In this document: piece after piece, positions 38,841 to 48,598 of the stretch
Numbering within the stretch: the first letter of the stretch is position 1
Layout: the number at the start of each line of letters is the position of its first letter
NCBI GenBank assembly: GCA_964595645.1
Contig: CAZQQT010000003.1
Location: forward strand, 157,636-221,635
Direction of reading: 5' to 3'
DNA length: 64,000 nt
Origin: an uncultured Thermococci archaeon
GTDB lineage: Archaea > Methanobacteriota_B > Thermococci > Methanofastidiosales > B48-G16
Program-made: the position numbers and the translations under genes
The notes under the pieces: generated by a model
Seen by the model: the letters and a program-made list of their open reading frames with translations, nothing else
The model's database searches: none
Told to the model about the DNA's origin: nothing

Positions 38841-39707
38841 CTACATAATATCTAATACTAATTTGGGTATTTCCTGAGGAGTTTTCGCTATGAAGGACCC
38901 AGCTTCTTTTAACACGTTGATTTTGTGCTCTGCAGTTCCTGCTTCTCCTTCTATAATAGCACCTGCATGTCCCATCTTTTTTCCGGGTGGGGCAGATCGT
39001 CCTACGATAAGAGAAATTACAGGCTTCTCTATATTCTCCTTAATGTATTTCGCTGTTTTTTCTTCCATCGTTCCACCTATCTCACCCAAGAGAACAATTG
39101 CCTCTGTTTGTTCATCTTCTTGGAACAGACGCAGGACATCTGTCTGCGAAGTTCCCCAGAGCGGTCCGCCGCCAATACCAACAACGGTAGACTGCCCCAC
39201 AGATCCTTCTGTCATTGATTTGCATACTTCATAAGAAAGTGCACCACTTTTGGAGACAACACCCACCTTTCCCTCTTTGAAGAACATATGTGGATGAACG
39301 CCCACCTTACACTTCCCCGGAGAGATAAGGCCCGGTGTGTCAGGGCCCAGTATTCGTGCATTTTTTGCCTGTGCGTACTGTAGCATCTTCAGAATGTCAA
39401 CATTCGGTATTCCTTCAGCTGTCATCACGATAAACTTGATTCCTGCATCTATCGCTTCATACGCAGCATCCAACGTGAACCGCGCGGGTACAAAACTGAT
39501 CGCAGCGTTAACCTCATGCTCGGCAGTTGCTTCCTCCACAAAATCATAGACAGGAATACCATCGACGCTCTGACCACCCTTTCCAGGTGTCACACCGGCA
39601 ACAATCTCTGTTCCATACTTCTTCATTATTTTTGTCTGGAAGGATCCTGTTCTGCCCGTAATACCCTGAACAAGGACTCGTGTGTCTTCATCGATAAATA
39701 CTGCCAT
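38841..39707 (-). CDS. sucD: Acyl-CoA synthetase (ADP-forming) alpha subunit, SucD-like
   Basis: VQGITG, GVTPGKGG, SKSG.L.YE, GEIGG, phospho-His MGHAGA; GPDTPG replaces GPNCPG. Confidence 0.88.
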   Translation of the reverse strand: MAVFIDEDTRVLVQGITGRTGSFQTKIMKKYGTEIVAGVTPGKGGQSVDGIPVYDFVEEATAEHEVNAAISFVPARFTLDAAYEAIDAGIKFIVMTAEGIPNVDILKMLQYAQAKNARILGPDTPGLISPGKCKVGVHPHMFFKEGKVGVVSKSGALSYEVCKSMTEGSVGQSTVVGIGGGPLWGTSQTDVLRLFQEDEQTEAIVLLGEIGGTMEEKTAKYIKENIEKPVISLIVGRSAPPGKKMGHAGAIIEGEAGTAEHKINVLKEAGSFIAKTPQEIPKLVLDIM

Positions 39708-39709
39708 AA

Positions 39710-40828
39710 TTAACACGCTCCCGCTAGCTCTACAGCTTTTTGCACTGCTTCATAGAGGTTGTCAAAGGTTTCAAATCCTTCCTCATGCAACATCTTTTTT
39801 CCTACATCCTCGAGTGTCCCACTCATTCGTATTACCACAGGCATCTGTTCATGTTCTTCAAAAAATGCAATGATGCCCTCAGACATCTCATCCATTCTGT
39901 TCAATCCACCGATCATGCTGATAAGCATTACCTTCACACTTGGATTCGATGAAACCAATATCATCGCATTTTTTATTGTATCGGGCGTCGTCACACCGCC
40001 CATTTCAGAGAAATTCGCTGCCTTCCCTCCTTCATCACTGATAAGATCGAGGGTGAGCATGCCCGTTCCCGCACCATCCGAGATGAGTCCGATATCGCCG
40101 TCGAGCTCTATATAGGTGGAGAGACCGTACTCTTCTGCCTTCTTTTCTTGTGCATCTCCTTCTCGTTCCAGTTGCGAAAAGATCTGCTGTCTGTACGATG
40201 CCTTGTTATCGAGTACCACCTTCGCGTCAACGGCCTGCAACGATCCATCGCGCGTGACTACGAGTGGGTTAATTTCTACAAGATTGGCATCACGTTCCAT
40301 GAAGAGAGTATACATCTTTTTACAGATATCGTATAGCTCTCGTCCCACTCCTACTTTCTTTGCGATGCGTCGCAGTTCGTAGTTGCTCAATCCCTTAAAC
40401 ACATCAATTCGTATTTTTAAGATTTTTTCCGGAGTTTTTTCAGCTACACGTTCGATGTTCACTCCTCCTTCAGAAGATGCGATGAAAACTGGACAGTTGT
40501 TCTCCTTATCTAGCGTGATGCCCAGGTATATTTCCTCCTCTATCTCAGCTTTGGACTCGAGAAGTACTTTTTTTACTGTATATCCTTTTATTTTTGAGCC
40601 CAGCAGTTCTTTTATCCCTGCAGCAGCTTGTTCCTTTGTCTCTGCAAATTGTATTCCTCCTGCGAGCCCTCGTCCTCCGGTAAGTACTTGTGATTTCATT
40701 GCAATAGGGAAGGATGTCTTCTCCACTGCAGATGAAAGATCAGTCTCTGTTGTCACTACTACACCCGTAGGGACTGGTATCTTATATGTGCGAAAGATAT
40801 CTTTGGCCTCAAACTCGTAAAGCCTCAT
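39710..40828 (-). CDS. sucC: Acyl-CoA synthetase (ADP-forming) beta subunit, SucC-like, divergent
   Basis: LYEFEAK, KSQV..GGRG.AGG, EGG.NIE, EINPL, DAK; acid-binding motifs altered. Confidence 0.88.
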   Translation of the reverse strand: MRLYEFEAKDIFRTYKIPVPTGVVVTTETDLSSAVEKTSFPIAMKSQVLTGGRGLAGGIQFAETKEQAAAGIKELLGSKIKGYTVKKVLLESKAEIEEEIYLGITLDKENNCPVFIASSEGGVNIERVAEKTPEKILKIRIDVFKGLSNYELRRIAKKVGVGRELYDICKKMYTLFMERDANLVEINPLVVTRDGSLQAVDAKVVLDNKASYRQQIFSQLEREGDAQEKKAEEYGLSTYIELDGDIGLISDGAGTGMLTLDLISDEGGKAANFSEMGGVTTPDTIKNAMILVSSNPSVKVMLISMIGGLNRMDEMSEGIIAFFEEHEQMPVVIRMSGTLEDVGKKMLHEEGFETFDNLYEAVQKAVELAGAC

Positions 40829-41385
40829 GAAATCTCCCTTTTGATACCCTCAGAGATCTTAATACCTTCATCTACGGCTTTCAGGTTGGCTTCAAGGAAC
40901 TTCTCAGGAACTGAATCTTTGACGGCTTTTTTGAGATTCTCCTTGGATATCAGCCCTGTAAAGTCCTGTAGGAATCCCAACATTACCATATTCGCTGTTA
41001 TCTGCTTTTTTATTTTTTCAGATGCTGTCTTCGTGGCAGGCACTTCTACTCTCTGTACATCCTTCCGATCTTTGATTTCTTTGACCATATCGGGATCAAT
41101 TACAAGCAATCCATCCTTTTTTAATGTGTCAATATATCTCTCGTAGGCTTGTTGGGACATGGCTACAAGTATATCCGCCATATCTGCGATGGGAGAATTG
41201 ATGTGCTCATCGGACAATGTGAGTTCAGATTTACATTCTCCTCCTCTTGCCTCGGAACCAAAGGACTGTGTTTGCACGCCATGTTTGCCGCCGTACTCAA
41301 CTGCTGCTCTACCGAATACTACAGAGGAAAGAATAATGCCCTGTCCACCAAAGCCACAAAATCGTATTACTGTTTTCTCAGACAT
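40825..41385 (-). CDS. 2-oxoacid:ferredoxin oxidoreductase gamma subunit
   Basis: GFGGQG, QSFG.EARGG, NMVMLG. Confidence 0.93.
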   Translation of the reverse strand: MSEKTVIRFCGFGGQGIILSSVVFGRAAVEYGGKHGVQTQSFGSEARGGECKSELTLSDEHINSPIADMADILVAMSQQAYERYIDTLKKDGLLVIDPDMVKEIKDRKDVQRVEVPATKTASEKIKKQITANMVMLGFLQDFTGLISKENLKKAVKDSVPEKFLEANLKAVDEGIKISEGIKREIS

Positions 41386-41386
41386 C

Positions 41387-42211
41387 TCAATCTTCCTCCT
41401 GTGCTTTCTTTTCTAGTTCTACATATGTCTCTTCCAATGTGGGACGATCTTTTTTCACAAAGTTTCCAACGATGATTTTTCCATTCAGTGCTTCTTCATC
41501 CATTTTTTCTGCTTTTTCTTTTGTCACAGTTCTTTCTTTCATCCATTCCATGATATCCTTGGCCTTGGAAGAACCCAGTGCGTACCGTCCAAAATGCGTT
41601 GGACACTGCCCAATAATCTCAATCATCGTAAAGCCATTGTGGTTCATCCCGTCCTTTATGTCCTGGATAACCTTCCGCGGATAGTTGGTCGTCCACCGGC
41701 TCACAAATGTCCCTCCTGCAGCCTTGGTCAGTTCACAGAGATCGAATAGGGGCTCTTTGTTTCCTCGGGGTGTTGTTGTAGTGTATAGATCGAGAGGAGT
41801 CGTGGGTGCCACCTGACCACCGGTCATCGCGTAGTTCATGTTATTGTTGACGATCACCGTGACATCTAAGTTCCTTCGCGCTGCTTGGATAAGATGGTTT
41901 CCACCGATTGCTGCAATACCACCATCTCCTGAGAATACTACGACATTTAGCTCAGGATTGTGGAGTTTGATTCCTGTCGCCCACGGGAGTGTTCTTCCGT
42001 GGATGCCGTGGAGAGCCTCTGCCTTGATATACACCGGAACTCTTGCAGTACACCCTACACCACCGATAGCAACTAATTTATCCATATCCAGCTCCATCTC
42101 ATCTGCTGCACGCAAAAATAAATTCATTATCTGTCCTGCACTACATCCTGGACAAAAAAAGTGTGGTAGTGCCCATTCCCGAAGAAATTTCCTTTGTGGA
42201 TTAACTTTCAT
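41387..42211 (-). CDS. 2-oxoacid:ferredoxin oxidoreductase beta subunit
   Basis: CPGC, G.GC, HGR....ATG.K, GDG, NN..Y.MTGGQ..PTT, CPT. Confidence 0.93.
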   Translation of the reverse strand: MKVNPQRKFLREWALPHFFCPGCSAGQIMNLFLRAADEMELDMDKLVAIGGVGCTARVPVYIKAEALHGIHGRTLPWATGIKLHNPELNVVVFSGDGGIAAIGGNHLIQAARRNLDVTVIVNNNMNYAMTGGQVAPTTPLDLYTTTTPRGNKEPLFDLCELTKAAGGTFVSRWTTNYPRKVIQDIKDGMNHNGFTMIEIIGQCPTHFGRYALGSSKAKDIMEWMKERTVTKEKAEKMDEEALNGKIIVGNFVKKDRPTLEETYVELEKKAQEED

Positions 42212-43347
42212 TTGTATTCCTCCTCGATTTTCTTCAAAACTTCTTCTGTTGTATGGATTATCCCTCTGTTCTTTGGGAGTGAGATAACGTTGCAGTGTTT
42301 CTTTCCTACGCGATCCACTTCAGAGAAGTACTTACCTACATTCATCTCCATCACGATCATTGTGTCGACCTTCTTCGAAAGATCCTCTATTGCCTTTTCT
42401 GGCACCGGCCATATGGTAACGAGTTTTAACAGTCCTACATTGTATCCATCGTCTCTCGCTTTCATTACCGCATCCAATGCTGGTCTACACTCACTTCCAT
42501 ACGCCACAAGAAGAATATCCGCATCGTCTGCGTAGTATGTCTCCCACTCACAGATATCGTCCACATTGTTCCGTATTTTCCCGAGAATGCGTTCATAAAG
42601 GTGTTCAAACACATCGGGATCCCAGTCAATTCTTCCCTCTGGACTGTGGGGGTTAAGCGAGTATAATATTTTGTATCCCTCTCCAAAGGCAGGCATGGGA
42701 GGAACATCATTCTCCTCTGCTTCGAAGGGGAGAAATTCTTCTGGAGGCACCGTGGGTTTCTTCCTGTTCACTATCTCGATCTCTTCCGGTTCCGGGATCA
42801 CCAGCCGCTCACGCATGTGGCTCAGTATCATCTCAGAGATGACTGTTACCGGATTTCTATACTTTTCTGCCAGATTAAATGCTTTTACTGTGTAATCGAA
42901 CAGCTCTTGAACCGTTGAGGGAGCAAGGCAGATTGCTTCGAAATCGCCGCTTGCACCCCACCGCATCTGCATCACATCTGAGTGAGTTGCGTAGTTCTCT
43001 CCTCTACATCGCTGCACATCTACTATCACGAGAGGCGCTTCAACAGCGTAGGCGTATCCAAGTCCTTCCTGCATGTAGTTGAATCCAGCACTGGCAGTAG
43101 CGGTCATAGGTTTCGCACCGCAAAGAGAAGCTCCCGTTAAAGAGTAGATGGAACCGAGTTCGTCCTCCATCTGTATAAACTTTCCGCCGACTTCAGGCAT
43201 TCGTTCGGACATTCTCTCCGCGATTTCGCTGGCTGGTGTGATAGGATAGCCAGCAAAAAAGTTACACCCTGCCGCAATCGCACCTTCCACAACGGCATGA
43301 TTGCCAAACATAAAGTGGGTGCCGGACAAAATTCTTTTTCTTTTCAT
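42208..43347 (-). CDS. 2-oxoacid:ferredoxin oxidoreductase alpha subunit (KorA-like)
   Basis: GN.A..EGA, YPITP, QMEDE, TATA..G...MQE, EMN.G. Confidence 0.93.
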   Translation of the reverse strand: MKRKRILSGTHFMFGNHAVVEGAIAAGCNFFAGYPITPASEIAERMSERMPEVGGKFIQMEDELGSIYSLTGASLCGAKPMTATASAGFNYMQEGLGYAYAVEAPLVIVDVQRCRGENYATHSDVMQMRWGASGDFEAICLAPSTVQELFDYTVKAFNLAEKYRNPVTVISEMILSHMRERLVIPEPEEIEIVNRKKPTVPPEEFLPFEAEENDVPPMPAFGEGYKILYSLNPHSPEGRIDWDPDVFEHLYERILGKIRNNVDDICEWETYYADDADILLVAYGSECRPALDAVMKARDDGYNVGLLKLVTIWPVPEKAIEDLSKKVDTMIVMEMNVGKYFSEVDRVGKKHCNVISLPKNRGIIHTTEEVLKKIEEEYK

Positions 43348-43409
43348 AATATATCACGACCATGGGTAAATTCTAATGGTAATTCCAAGAAAAATTTATT
43401 ATATCTTTC

Positions 43410-43425
43410 CCCTAATATAATAAGA
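43410..43425 (-). promoter_or_regulatory. Island palindrome site (OFOR/SucCD operon)
   Basis: CCCTAATATAATAAGA, abutting a minus-strand TATA-like element. Confidence 0.65.
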
Positions 43426-43458
43426 TACAAAATAGGCTTGAATCCTTAGAAACTGCAA

Positions 43459-43474
43459 TACTAAGCTAATAGGG
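43459..43474 (+). promoter_or_regulatory. Island palindrome site (opine dehydrogenase operon)
   Basis: TACTAAGCTAATAGGG, then TTATAGAA. Confidence 0.55.
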
Positions 43475-43520
43475 AGAATATTCTTATAGAACAACAAAAA
43501 AGAAAGAAAGAGGAAAAACC

Positions 43521-44585
43521 ATGAAGCTTGCCATTCTAGGAGGCGGTAGCGCTGGACTTGGTGTTGCCGGATATGTGGCTTTGAAAGAACACGAAGTGAA
43601 CATTTACAACAGGACACCGGAGAGAGTAGCAGAAATAGCGAAATCTGGAAGCCTTACAGTCTCTGGAGTAGTTGAGGGAACTGTCACCGTACACAAGGCG
43701 TCTTCAGATATGGAAGACATCGTAGAAGAGGCAGAGTATATTTTAATCGCCGCTCGTGCATTCGGCCACAGAACGCTTATTGAACGTTGTCTTCCTTATA
43801 TTAAAAATAACGCAGCGATTGTAGTATTTACTGGATACTGGGCAGCATTGCGCCTACAATCACTTCTTACCACAGAGAAAAGAGAAGATATCACCATTGC
43901 CGAAACCACACTTCTTCCCCTAATATCTCAGACTGTGGGTCCCGATCACGTGAAGATCACTGGTATAAAGTCAAAGATGAGAATTGCTGCGTATCCAGCT
44001 CCAGCCACGTTACCAGTACACGAAGAACTAAAAGAAATTTTTCCTAACTTATTTCCTGGTAAAAACGTGCTGGAAACAAGTTTAGAGAACTTTAATCCTG
44101 TGGTTCACGTCCCCATCGCACTCTTCAATCTGGCCCAGATAGAGAGAAGGGGAGAAACGTTTGAGTTTTATCAGGAGGGTATCTCGCCGAAGATTGCCGA
44201 TACGATTGATGCAGTGGATAGAGAGAGGATGGACCTTATACACACCTTTGATCTCGAGTTAATGTCGTTCAGAGAGATTCTACTGGATTATTATGAAACA
44301 GAAGGCACTTCGACATATGAGGTAGTGAAAAACTGTGAGCCAATGAAGGGGTACGTGCTTCCAAGTCCCCTCGAGTACGTGCAGGAGGACCTTCTCTATG
44401 GGCTTGTACCCATTGTATCGCTCTGCAATTCTCTGGGAATCCCAGCTGAGACAGCAAAGGCACTCATATCAACATGGTCACTGGTAAACGCAGAAAATTA
44501 CTGGAAAAAGGGAGTAAAAGCCGTCGATCTCGGCGTAGAAAATATGGATAGTAGAGAAATACGTAAAAAAGTAGAAGAGGGATAA
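43521..44585 (+). CDS. Opine (octopine/nopaline) dehydrogenase family protein
   Basis: GGGSAG Rossmann motif, IAET..LP, L.N.NP..H, FY..G, D.ER, Y..ED..YGL.P. Confidence 0.88.
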   Translation: MKLAILGGGSAGLGVAGYVALKEHEVNIYNRTPERVAEIAKSGSLTVSGVVEGTVTVHKASSDMEDIVEEAEYILIAARAFGHRTLIERCLPYIKNNAAIVVFTGYWAALRLQSLLTTEKREDITIAETTLLPLISQTVGPDHVKITGIKSKMRIAAYPAPATLPVHEELKEIFPNLFPGKNVLETSLENFNPVVHVPIALFNLAQIERRGETFEFYQEGISPKIADTIDAVDRERMDLIHTFDLELMSFREILLDYYETEGTSTYEVVKNCEPMKGYVLPSPLEYVQEDLLYGLVPIVSLCNSLGIPAETAKALISTWSLVNAENYWKKGVKAVDLGVENMDSREIRKKVEEG

Positions 44586-44587
44586 AA

Positions 44588-45853
44588 ATGTATGAGACGC
44601 ATCTGGAATGTATTCACTGTGGAGAAAAATACGATCTTAAAAAAATGTTTGAAGGCTGTCCCCGCTGTAAAAAAGAGGATTTCCTATCAAATGTAACTGT
44701 TTCCTATGACTACGAAAAAATTAAGGAGAAGGTGGATAAAAAAGCTTTGGAGAAGAGAAAAAGGAATAACGTGTGGAAATATAAAGAGTTACTGCCAATA
44801 ACACTAGATACAGAGACAACATTAGGGGAAGGAGGAACACCTCTACTCGAATGTACTACCTTGAGAAAAGAGTGGGGAATCGACAAGTTAGCAGTGAAGG
44901 ATGAATCGAGAAATCCTACTCACACTTTTAAAGATAGACTGGCTGCTGTTGGAATGTTCATGGCAAAGAAATTTAATACTCATTATATTATCGCCGGTGG
45001 AGGAAATACAGCTGCTGCTGCATCAGCATACAGTGCCAAGTATGGGGCAGAAGTAATCAGCTTTGAAAATCTCTATGAATCCAAACAGGCAATTCTACAG
45101 ACACGATCTTACGGAGGAAAAATCGTCTACTTAAAGCAGTATGACGATCGGTATATGCTCATGAAAAAATGTGTTGATACGCTCAATGGTTACTCGTTTT
45201 CAAGTTATACCCTCTCACCCGCTGGAGATCCCTACGGTTCAGAGGGATACAAAACAGTTGCCTATGAACTCTGCGAGCAGTGGGATTGGGAAAGTCCAGA
45301 TATGGTAATTGTCCCCACTGGACAGGGGATTGCATTATATGGGATCTGGAAGGGATTTGTAGACCTTCACACAGTAGGGCTCATTGATACGTTGCCAAAA
45401 ATGGTCGCAGCGGAATCTACGGCCGCCGGCTCTCTCACGAGAACACTTCTTAGTGAAGACGAGAAAATCAGAGAAGTTACTCCAGGACTGACGATAGCCA
45501 GACAGACAAGGATCCCCAAGGTGAGCTATAAAGGATATCGTGCGGTAAAAGACTCAAACGGAAACGCAGTAATGGTTGAAGATGAAGAAACCATGAGCGC
45601 TCTTCTACAACTGGCCAGGAAAGAAGGAATATACTCAAGTACTACCTCCGCAGTAGTGCTTGCAGCGGCGAGAAAACTAAAAGAGAAGGGGGAGATAGAT
45701 ACTGACACACGAGTAGTCTGTGTAATTACAGGGGGAGGATTAAAGGATCCCGATCACATGATACATCACCTTCCCGCCCTTCCTGATCCCATTGAAGGTA
45801 ACTGGAAACAATTTAAACAGCTCATGAATGCACACTATACCCTCTCTATATAA
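44588..45853 (+). CDS. Threonine-synthase-like PLP enzyme (fold type II) with N-terminal Zn ribbon
   Basis: CIHC/CPRC, LGEGGTPL, KDE..NPT.TFKDR, EGYKT.AYE, TG.GLKD; GGGNT and PTGQG are non-canonical. Confidence 0.85.
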   Translation: MYETHLECIHCGEKYDLKKMFEGCPRCKKEDFLSNVTVSYDYEKIKEKVDKKALEKRKRNNVWKYKELLPITLDTETTLGEGGTPLLECTTLRKEWGIDKLAVKDESRNPTHTFKDRLAAVGMFMAKKFNTHYIIAGGGNTAAAASAYSAKYGAEVISFENLYESKQAILQTRSYGGKIVYLKQYDDRYMLMKKCVDTLNGYSFSSYTLSPAGDPYGSEGYKTVAYELCEQWDWESPDMVIVPTGQGIALYGIWKGFVDLHTVGLIDTLPKMVAAESTAAGSLTRTLLSEDEKIREVTPGLTIARQTRIPKVSYKGYRAVKDSNGNAVMVEDEETMSALLQLARKEGIYSSTTSAVVLAAARKLKEKGEIDTDTRVVCVITGGGLKDPDHMIHHLPALPDPIEGNWKQFKQLMNAHYTLSI

Positions 45854-45883
45854 ACGTGGAAGGAACGTTTTACTTATTAACAC

Positions 45884-46576
45884 TTAAAAATCGAAGATAA
45901 AGTAGTCGGAAAGGGACAGCATTATTTTATACTCGGCAGATCGCAGACTCTCCCAGATAGTAGGCTCAGAAACATCAAATTTGTTAGCTATCTCTTTCAA
46001 GGTAATCTTTTTCTGTTTGTCATAGTATCCTAAATTCCACGCTGTCTTCAGGATCTCCAACTGTCTATCAGTGAGCCCCATATTGGCAAGAAAATCGAAG
46101 CTTCTATTGAACACCATATCAATCGGCAAATCGAAAAACTGTTCTGCCTTCACCTTCACACCCCTATTTTTTAATACATCAAGCGTTTCATTCAGGTTGC
46201 CAACAGAAGTACTGTATATCAACCACTCTTCTATTCCATGACTGTACGTCACAATATCCTTTGCAAAAGATTTAGTTTCATTGACCCAGTCCAAAACTTT
46301 ACAACTTTGTGCAGGATTAATCACAATAAACAGTTTAGTATCTTTCGTGTTTTCATTCAATAACTCAAGTTTTTCAACGCTGTCTTCTTCCCTCATGTCT
46401 GAAATGAGATTGTTCCTCAAAGATTTCTTTCCAATTACTTTGCACAATCCCCGCTGGATATTTTTTTTACTTTCTCTATGTAATATTTTTATTGTAACTC
46501 CGACATAATGTCTGCTCATTTCAGAGAGCAAACAGTTTCCTTTGTTCTCGCCTATTTTCACTACTGCTCCTTTCAT
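45884..46576 (-). CDS. HTH-10 (Bat/DmsR-type) transcriptional regulator
   Basis: C-terminal LTDRQ.E.L..A...GYYD.....TL.E.A....VS..T..E.LR.AE.K. Confidence 0.9.
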   Translation of the reverse strand: MKGAVVKIGENKGNCLLSEMSRHYVGVTIKILHRESKKNIQRGLCKVIGKKSLRNNLISDMREEDSVEKLELLNENTKDTKLFIVINPAQSCKVLDWVNETKSFAKDIVTYSHGIEEWLIYSTSVGNLNETLDVLKNRGVKVKAEQFFDLPIDMVFNRSFDFLANMGLTDRQLEILKTAWNLGYYDKQKKITLKEIANKFDVSEPTIWESLRSAEYKIMLSLSDYFIFDF

Positions 46577-46618
46577 GAATTCACCAGCATTCTACAGATT
46601 TAACATATGATTATGTTA

Positions 46619-46672
46619 CTCTAATATAATAGGTATTAAAATTATTTAAAAATTTTCCCTATTATAAAAGGT
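46619..46672 (-). promoter_or_regulatory. Two island palindrome sites flanking the regulator's TATA box
   Basis: CTCTAATATAATAGGT (46619-34) and CCCTATTATAAAAGGT (46657-72) either side of minus-strand TTTAAATA. Confidence 0.7.
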
Positions 46673-46683
46673 AAAATATTCTA

Positions 46684-48594
46684 CTAAGAAATGGACACTC
46701 CCTCTTTTTCTAACCTATCTAGTACTTTCTGAAGACCTAACTCTTTAAGAATTGCTTTCCTCTGGAGAGAAGTCGCAGTATCCCATCTGTGGAGCTCATA
46801 GTAATGATCCAACATTGCAGCCCACTGTTTTCTGTCAAGTTTCTCACCTTTAAGTGGACCAGATTTTACTTCTTGTTTGAAGAAACGTTCAGGGGGATAA
46901 TCATCTGCTCGAGTAAACCCTGCATGGAGTGTATTAATCGCTTTCTCTACATTTACGATTCGTTCCCCAATACGAGCGAGATCGCGGTTCGTAAAGCTCA
47001 CACCAGAGGCATGGGTAAGGAGAACACTGAAATCTTCAAGATTCACGAGGTTGGGACCCGACCAATCGGTCATAAATAGACACACCCCTACAGAATTCGC
47101 CACGGCATGAAGAATCTCATAGTAAAACACAAGCTTCGCTTTGTTCTCATAGGATTGCGGATCTCCTGCCGAACGGACGTCCCACTCTTTCTCAGAGATT
47201 TCTGGATCCAACGCCATAAATTCAGTCATAGGGGCACCGCTTGTGTGTCCCCCTCCTCGAGTAGACACAGCAACCCCAAGTGCCCATCCTTTCATCGTTC
47301 TGAGATGTTCATACAGATCCTGTCCCTTCATATGCATGGCATACTGGGATCCTCTCCCCACTCTCTCTGAAGCTCTTTTCGATCCGTATGCTAAAAGATC
47401 ACCGAATCCTTCTCTCCTCGCAATTTTTTCCATGAGCTGAGAAATTGCCTCAACATTGCCCCATTCAAGGGGCATTCCCTCTGTTATCGTTGTATCTATT
47501 AATCCACGTTGGTAACACTCCATGCCCCATGCGATTGTACCGGCAAGGCCATCTTCATCCATGCCAAGATCATCGCATTTCATATGCAATCGCATGACAT
47601 CTTTTGGTGATCGTACACCTAGTTTGCACGCAAAATTTGTGATAGAATTAGCTTCTAATGCTTCACAGATAGAATTGTTGTACTTATAAACTTTATCGCA
47701 TTTTATTGGACAGTTAAACGAGCCCTTACTTCTCACGAAATATTTTCGATATTTTTCGGGGACAATACTATCGTACTCTTCCTTCTCGAGATCAATATGA
47801 GACGCCTGAAAATTCTTGAAGGGTAACGATGAAAGGTTATTTTTAGGAATCATTGTAGAAGGGGGTCCAAATTTTCTCATGTTGTCAAGATACGGTGAGT
47901 TCTCAATCTTCTCGAGTACATTGGAACATGCTTCCTCAAACTTATGTCTGTGCGCGATCTCGATAGAGCCGTGTCCTCTGACTGCAATCGCTTTAAGGTT
48001 TTTCGATCCCATTACTGCACCGGTGCCACACTTCCCCGCCGCTCTCGTTTTGTTGGTCATTACCGAGGCATAGTATACTGTATTCTCACCTGCAGGACCG
48101 ATACACGCCACCTGTACATTGTTGTCAGAAAGATCCTTTCGAACAGTTTCTTCTGTATCGTACACCCCTTTTCCCCAGAGATGTTGGGCGGTTAAAATTT
48201 CTATTTCATCGTCGTTGATGTGAAGAAATACAGGATCATTACTTCTTCCTTTTATTATTATCTGATTGAGTCCGGCAAATTTTAACTCGGGCCCTAACTC
48301 GCCACATGAATTTGAGGATCCTACGCCATGGGTCAATGGACTCAGCGTGTCAAAAGTGTGCCGCGTAGAACATGGCACTCTCGTGCCTGCCAACGGGCCA
48401 GCACTGAGAATCAGAATATTTGATGGTGAGAGAGGATCTGTCCCTTTCTCTATCTCTTGAAAGAGCATCCACTGCGCTAATCCTTTCCCTCCTAGAAACG
48501 ATTTAAAGGAATCCTTATTTGACGTGATGGAGACCTTCTCTTTTTTAAGATCAACTATTGCTGCCTTTTTGAGGAAGTTATCGAACTTAAACAT
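46684..48594 (-). CDS. Aldehyde:ferredoxin oxidoreductase (tungstopterin AOR/WOR family), copy 1
   Basis: LGG.G, SP.T, IGPAGEN, G.GAVMGSKNLKAI, D..G.D, REG.GD.LA.G, RGG.H. Confidence 0.93.
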   Translation of the reverse strand: MFKFDNFLKKAAIVDLKKEKVSITSNKDSFKSFLGGKGLAQWMLFQEIEKGTDPLSPSNILILSAGPLAGTRVPCSTRHTFDTLSPLTHGVGSSNSCGELGPELKFAGLNQIIIKGRSNDPVFLHINDDEIEILTAQHLWGKGVYDTEETVRKDLSDNNVQVACIGPAGENTVYYASVMTNKTRAAGKCGTGAVMGSKNLKAIAVRGHGSIEIAHRHKFEEACSNVLEKIENSPYLDNMRKFGPPSTMIPKNNLSSLPFKNFQASHIDLEKEEYDSIVPEKYRKYFVRSKGSFNCPIKCDKVYKYNNSICEALEANSITNFACKLGVRSPKDVMRLHMKCDDLGMDEDGLAGTIAWGMECYQRGLIDTTITEGMPLEWGNVEAISQLMEKIARREGFGDLLAYGSKRASERVGRGSQYAMHMKGQDLYEHLRTMKGWALGVAVSTRGGGHTSGAPMTEFMALDPEISEKEWDVRSAGDPQSYENKAKLVFYYEILHAVANSVGVCLFMTDWSGPNLVNLEDFSVLLTHASGVSFTNRDLARIGERIVNVEKAINTLHAGFTRADDYPPERFFKQEVKSGPLKGEKLDRKQWAAMLDHYYELHRWDTATSLQRKAILKELGLQKVLDRLEKEGVSIS

Positions 48595-48598
48595 CTAC

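Noticed and set aside
38622-43347. Ordinary TCA-cycle kor/suc operon
   Set aside because: Substrate motifs are altered, no other TCA genes are adjacent, and it shares the island's regulatory motif.
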